Source of the DNA: Cyanophora paradoxa CCMP329 | Lineage: Eukaryota; Plantae; Glaucophyta | Assembly (NCBI GenBank): GCA_004431415.1 | Contig: QPMI01000472.1 | Coordinates: forward strand, 62,001 to 126,000 | DNA: 64,000 nt | Direction of reading: 5' to 3' | Part shown: piece by piece, positions 58,283-64,000 of the stretch | Position numbering within the stretch: position 1 is the stretch's first letter | Layout: every line of letters starts with the position of its first letter | Made by a program: the position numbers and the translations under genes | Notes under the pieces: model-generated | Database searches by the model: none | What the model was told of the DNA's origin: nothing | What the model saw: only the letters and a program-made list of their open reading frames with translations

Positions 58283-58684
58283 ATGAATACTCATCGAGGC
58301 TTCCATGTGATGCTGGATTACAAATTCAGAACCCAATTAGCAGTAGGAATGGAGGACTTGGAGACAACAACCAGGTGGTTAATGCAGTTCTTGCAAACTA
58401 TTATTCAAGAGCAAGGTATTCGAGTAGTTCACAAGCATTGCGAGATTTTCGATGGTGGTATTTCTCCTCCTGGTTTTGCAATGGTTCTTCTGCTGGATGA
58501 GAGCCACTGCACTGCTCATTGTTACTCAAATGAAGGTATGTTGGCGATTGATATATTCAGTTGTGGATTAGAAGCAGAGAGAAAAACCACGAGAGTATCT
58601 CATGAGATAGATGAGAGAATAACAGGTGTGTTTTCAGGGTTGGAGAAATCGGAGAAACATAGAGTATTGCGATTTCCGAGTTAG
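58283..58684 (+). CDS. speD: S-adenosylmethionine decarboxylase proenzyme, copy B
   Basis: Identical to 13451-13852; ESH cleavage motif. Confidence 0.88.
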   Translation: MNTHRGFHVMLDYKFRTQLAVGMEDLETTTRWLMQFLQTIIQEQGIRVVHKHCEIFDGGISPPGFAMVLLLDESHCTAHCYSNEGMLAIDIFSCGLEAERKTTRVSHEIDERITGVFSGLEKSEKHRVLRFPS

Positions 58685-59723
58685 TTGACACTGAGAAATT
58701 CAGAATTTCAGATGGGCTTACTGAAAATGGTGTAGTAGGCACTTTAAAAATCGAAGTAGGCACTTTTTAATTGAAGTTAGGCACTTTTAATTGACGTTAG
58801 GCACTTAGGCACCTTTTCTGGAAATTCTCTATAAAAACTAAAATCAACGTTTTGAAAAACACAAGTTGATGTATTTGGGACTTCTTTTTAATTCTCGATT
58901 AAGAAGTGCCTAACCGCCTAAACCGCCTACCAAAGATGCCTACTTCGATTGATCGATCGGAGACCATGCAACTCTGTGACAATTTTTCGAAGAGAAAATG
59001 CCCATCCCCAATCTTCTCAATTGTTTAATTGGAGACCATGCAACTCTGTGACACTTTTCAATGCAAAAATGTACATCAGCAATCTCATCGATTCTTTAAT
59101 TGGACATAATGCAGTACCGATATATTCCAATAGAAAATCCCGCAATCTAATCGATTGTTTAATTGGAGATAATGCAACTCTGTGACACTTTTTGGGTGCA
59201 AAAATGTACATCCGCAATCCCATCGATTGTTTAATTGGACATAATGCAACTCTGTGACACTTTTTGCGTTTTTCGATACAGAATGGGCGGTGGTCCACTT
59301 CAATACCAAAGAGATATATCGAGTTTATGCGAATTTATGCGAATTTATGCGAATTAATCGCGATTATATCGTTCTTTAAGTAGTTTAATGTTAATCAATC
59401 GAAGTTATATATGTAATCGACAAAGAACATATTATATCGATATAATATCGATTGAATCAATCGTGAATATGCATTAAATTAAACGCGTTTATCATTTTTA
59501 ATACAAAGTTTGCATTACTTTATACAAAGTTTGCATTATTTTATACAAAGTTTGCATTATTTTATACAAAGTTTGCATAAAAAGTTAAAGAAATTAATCG
59601 ATAAATATGTATTTTAGTATTAAATTAACACATATTGAAAAACGAATTTAAATCCAGAGTGAATCGAGATCGCGAAGTGATCGAGATGAACGAAGGGATT
59701 TAAATTCGTTTTTCAATATGTGT
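58589..59723. repeat. Right terminal inverted repeat region of copy B
   Basis: Same as 13757-14891; hairpin arms at 59628-59655 and 59696-59723. Confidence 0.88.
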
Positions 59724-62150
59724 GTTCCTCTCGCGCGCGTCCGACCGACGGAGTCCTGTCGGCGCGCAGCTGGGGCCCCTCTCGGACGTCACCCCCTCCC
59801 CCACCGACTTCGCCTACACCTCCTACACCCCGTTCCCAGGGCTGGTGACTGCAGATTGCTGAGTAAGGCTGAGCGCCGATGCTGACAGGTCCTTGCGCCG
59901 CAGGATCTGGACGTGCGATCCCGACCGGGCGACGGGGAGTTTTTCCAGTCGATGTCGGTCTGGGCCGACCAGTCTTTCACCCGCACATCCGTCCCAACGG
60001 AGCTTATAGGCTCCGCCGCCGGCCGCTACCAGTCGGAATGCTACTGGGGGCGAGACTGCTTCGTCTGGTACGTCCACAACTGGTTCTCCTTCGCGTACTC
60101 TGGGTGCCCGCGCTGCTGCAAGGTTTGCTGCGCACTTCCCGTTGCCCCCCGTGTTCTCGAGCCGAGCCTCCCGCGTGTGCAGCCCGACGGCTCGACGAAG
60201 TACGAGAACGTGGACGTCTGGCCTGCCGACTTCTGCACGGCCGATCCGTGGCGCTTCATAGAGGTCGGCCGCAACTTCTCCACGGACGAGCGGTGCGCCG
60301 CTCCGCGTCCCGGCCGCATGCGAAGCTGACGCGGGCTTCGGGCCGAGCAGGTGGCTGCACACGACGTGGGGCCGGGAGATCTACCTCATAACGGCGGCCA
60401 CATCGGACGTCAATGACGGAGAGGGCTTCGACTGGCTCGGCGCCCTCGGGACCATCTTCATGATCGACGTCTCCCCCGACGGATATGCCTCATCCTACCT
60501 CCTGCACGTGCGCGCCAGTCGTTTGGCGTGTTGTCGCCGCCGAGATCAGACGCTTGTGCAGGCCGAGGCGCTCGGCTACGGGCTCAGCCGCAAGGTGGAC
60601 CTCTCCTCGACTTCCCTCTACCCGTTCGACACCAACACGGCGCTCAACTGCGCCCTCTGTGCGACCGCCTCTGGCCGGTCCGACCGCGATCGCGAGTTTG
60701 TGACCCGACCGGCTTCGCGCAGGGGCCGACGAGGGATCAAGCACGGCAATGATGCACGACCAGCAGATCTTTGCCTTCTGGCAGGTATGAGCAGCCTGCC
60801 CCGGTGTCCCAGATCCGCCGGCCTCGACATGGTCGGCCTCTCGCAGAGGGGAGTGGCGTATTTCGCTTCGTACGTCAAGTTCCCGAGCAACACCGTCGAG
60901 CCCCGCATCCGCCTCTGCCACTTCGGCGGAGTCGTCGAGATCTCGTTCGACGCGCACCTCAGCTCGATCACGCCCGTGGACCACTCCAACGAGGGCTCTG
61001 CAATGTACAAGTCCGAATGGTGAGCCGCCCGCCTGCGCCGCTCAAGTTTGCACTTGAATTAATTCGAGGTCGCGCTCAGGTGGCAGCGCAACGCGGAGGC
61101 GATCCCGCCCGGCGCCGTGGCCCACGCGATGGCTGCCGACGGGCGCGTCGAGGCCGACGGGCCCCTCATCTACCACGCCATCATCCGCCACCCTTTCTTC
61201 CCGACCGGCGCGTGCCCGGAGAGCTTCCAACGCGACCTCTCCTGCGCCGCGTTCAACGTCTCGCACGTCGTTGCCCGCTGGAGCTTCGCCGTGACACCCT
61301 CGACGGGCGAAGCGACGCTGCTGCGCCCGCCGTCCGTCATCCTCGCTCGCTCCGTCAGCTGGTACGGTGCGTGTATCGCAGGCGTTTCGCACGCGGGTTC
61401 GCCAGCTGTCGCCTTATCTTATCGTTTAGACACCTGGATAATCCAGAACGAGAGACCGGGTGTCGCCGGCCCCGGATCGGCGTGCGTCATCTCAGATCCC
61501 CAGCCCTTTCTTTGCGACCTCCAGATCTTTGATCCTTCCGGTTGATGCAGGCGCTGGAAGGGAAGTGGGTAGAAGGCCGCCGCCACTCGTTCTACGTCCT
61601 GGGCGACGAGGTCGTCCGCTTCAGCCGCCCGGGGGCCTTTGAGTCGGGCATCGGCGGCGTCGAGAGCGGCCGCATCCGCCTGCAGCCAGACGGCTGGTCG
61701 CCCACCCTGCAGGGCTGGTACTCGGTCCCCGCCGCGGTCTACAAGAGCGGATCCCTCTTCATCGTCCGCGAGCTCCACACGGCGAGCAACACGAAATCGT
61801 ACCCCTGGGGCCTCTCAGACTTCGACGCCGGCCCCATCTGGATGCTACCATCGAGCCGCCTCCGCAAGTTGGTGTGGCGCTCGAGGTCAACCCACCTGAT
61901 CAAGGTCCACTGCCTTCAGGCCGTGTCCTTGGGCTGCTGATCATGAGCGCGGCCCACAGGTCGACAACGTCGACGCCGCGACCTTCTCTGGCCCGTTCAG
62001 CGTTGTCATCCCCTCCTTCGCGCAGGGCATCATGTGCCTGCATTGCTTGCGCTCGCATAACTGGCCGCCCGTTGACCCCTGCGCGCAGAGGCGCGCACGT
62101 GGTGGGCGATTTCAGCGCCCGGGCGCGCTTTAACGACGACCCCGCAAACA
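59724..62150 (+). pseudogene. Duplicated 5' portion of the host cysteine-rich gene, broken at 62150
   Basis: Matches 14892-17319 and diverges abruptly after ...cccgcaaaca. Confidence 0.75.
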
Positions 62151-62184
62151 TATATCTGCACTTTTGGAGTATTGCAATACCTTC

Positions 62185-62585
62185 GACAGAATCTGCGACA
62201 GAATCAGTCGATAAAATTCGACTGATTCGGTCGACCGATTCTGGCCCAAAATCAGTCGATCGACTGATTCTGTCGATCGACTGATTTTGTCGACCGATTC
62301 TGGCGCAGAATCAGTCGATAAAATTCGACTGATTCGGTCGACCGATTCTGGCGCAAAATCAGTCGATCGACTGATTCTGTCGATCGACTGATTTTGTCGA
62401 CCGATTCTGGCGCAGAATCAGTCGATAAAATTCGACTGATTCGGTCGACCGATTCTGTCGCAGAATCAGTCGATCGACTGATTCTGTCGATCGACTGATT
62501 TTGTCGACCGATTCTGGCGCAGAATCAGTCGATAAAATTCGACTGATTCGGTCGACCGATTCTGGCGCAGAATCAGTCGATCAGT
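62185..62585. repeat. 107-bp-period tandem array of nested palindromes (AATCAGTCGA/TCGACTGATT), near the end of an unidentified insertion starting at 62151
   Basis: gaatcagtcgataaaattcgactgattc at 62201, 62308, 62415 and 62522. Confidence 0.85.
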
Positions 62586-62723
62586 TGTGTTTTATCGTAT
62601 AATAATTTCACCCTTATCTGTCGATCTATTTCTTATCTGTCGATCTATAATATCAACTGAAATCAATTATAGCCAGTTCTGAAAAATATTGTGTTATATA
62701 TAATTATACGCAGCCCTTGCTAC

Positions 62724-63208
62724 TAGGGTTGCCACTTACGGCGTAAGTCCCCCAAAACCCGCCGTAAGTGTAAGTGTAAGTGTAAGTGTAAGTCGTAAGT
62801 CCGCCGTAAGTCGGCCGTAAGTCGGCCAGAAACCATAGAAAACACGTCTCAATCTGCGAGATAGATTGTCTTCAGTCTTTTTCTGTGTGTTTGGGAAGGA
62901 ATGGGGCTTGTTTAAGCAGTAAAAGGTCCACCCCAGGTAGATACCATGACCACCGGAGGCCCGTTCCGGGGTCTTCTAACCCCGTTCAGAGGCCTTAAAG
63001 CACGTCTGAATCTGTAAGATGTGCGAATCTACTCGATTTAGATCGATTTTAACTTAAATCTACGCTCTTTTTGCTGCTCGCAGAGGGTATCCCCATGGGG
63101 ACTTACGACTTACGGCCGTAAGTCCCATTTCGGGGGCCCGTAAGTGTAAGTCGCCACTTACACTTACGGACTTACGCGTAAGTCTGTAAGTCGTAAGTGG
63201 CAACCCTA
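62724..63208. mobile_element. Non-autonomous hAT transposon (MITE), 485 bp
   Basis: 17-bp TIR tagggttgccacttacg / cgtaagtggcaacccta; 8-bp TSD cttgctac at 62716-62723 and 63209-63216; subterminal gtaagt/acttac repeats. Confidence 0.9.
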
Positions 63209-64000
63209 CTTGCTACCGCCTGCTGCATCCGTCCATATGCAGCAATCCTGGACTGGCCCAGGCGCCTTCCCGGACCCAGCGGTCCAGCATCCCAGCAGGC
63301 AGCACAAATAGCCCCCAGCAAATCCGTGTGAGGCAGCGTGGCACGGGGGGCCTAGCAAGAGTAGCCAAAGAGACTAGTACTAGTACTACGTCGGCACGTC
63401 CCCCTGCGGCCCGCGGCCAGGGCAAAGGTCTCCGGCCAAAATTGAGCGGCGCCGGCCGCGGGGCGGGCCCCGCCGTCACGGCGGGAGCTCCGAGCTCGCG
63501 GGGCCGCAGGGGGCCGCGCCCGGTGGCGGCGGCGGGGGCGGCGGGGGGCGGGCCACCTTCTCCGCGGCGCGCTCCTCCAGGAGGGCCCGCAGCGCCTCCA
63601 GCTTCACCGGCTGCGCCCCCGCCGCCCCGTCGGCCTCGGCGGGGGCGGGCCCAGCGCGAGCACCTCGAGGCGGCGGCGGGAGAGCGAAGCCCGCGAGTCG
63701 ATGCGCGGGCGCGGCCTGCGCGGGCGCGCGTAAGGCGGCGCGGGCGGCGGGCGGCGGGCGGGGAAGGGGCGCGGGGGGCGCACGGGGGTACGCGGCCGGG
63801 CATGCACCTCGGCGAGGAGAGGAGGCAGAAGATCAGCTTGCGATCGCTCCGCGTCCGCTGATGGCGAGAGCGACGCGCTCGCTGCGCTTGGAGAGTCAAT
63901 CGAAAGAAAAGAAGCGTCCGCGCCGGCGAACGACCGCACCTCGGCCCGAGCGGCCGAAAGCATGATCTCCGAGGCGCCCGGCAGCCCGCGACCGCGACCG

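Larger units (their letters stand above)
31864..59723 (+). mobile_element. Full-length endogenous Polinton-like virus, copy B (~27.9 kb), termini 5'-ACACAT...ATGTGT-3'
   Basis: Inverted termini, sharp GC drop relative to host, and a complete morphogenesis plus replication/integration gene set. Confidence 0.94.
44693..62150 (+). repeat. Direct repeat of window positions 1-17319 (virus right half plus 2.4 kb host flank); period ~44.8 kb
   Basis: Matching ORF translations at offsets of roughly 44.69-44.84 kb, with the same virus/host junction ...atgtgt|gttcctc. Confidence 0.95.

Noticed and set aside
63213-63963. GC-rich ORFs at the window end
   Set aside because: Low complexity with no recognisable motif; no product can be supported.

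Overview
Eukaryotic (probably protist) genomic DNA made of alternating AT-rich and GC-rich blocks. The AT-rich blocks are an endogenous Polinton-like/Maverick-type dsDNA virus: one full-length ~27.9 kb copy (31864-59723) and the right half of a second copy (1-14891). It encodes pPolB, an rve integrase, a primase-SF3 helicase, a probable double-jelly-roll major capsid protein, two penton-like proteins, an A32 packaging ATPase, a patatin-discoidin lipase, an HNH endonuclease, a ~1660 aa phage-like fibre with an S74 chaperone, and an S-adenosylmethionine decarboxylase. The GC-rich blocks are an intron-rich host gene for a cysteine-rich (GCC2/GCC3-like) membrane protein. That gene carries an 8.3 kb APE-RT-RNase H LINE, and its duplicated 5' part is cut at 62150 by a palindromic-repeat element containing a hAT MITE. 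Bases 1-17319 recur at 44693-62150. The full-length virus appears to be a recombinant of two different insertions: it has no TSD, its TIR cores do not match, and substitutions between the copies are seen only left of ~47.9 kb. Highlights are hairpin termini, SaPI-ori-like inverted iteron cassettes next to the primase-helicase, an apparently proofreading-deficient pPolB, Mimivirus-like early promoter motifs and a polyamine enzyme. Many single-base frameshifts at homopolymers look like long-read errors. All family assignments come from motif recognition by eye; no database search was run.
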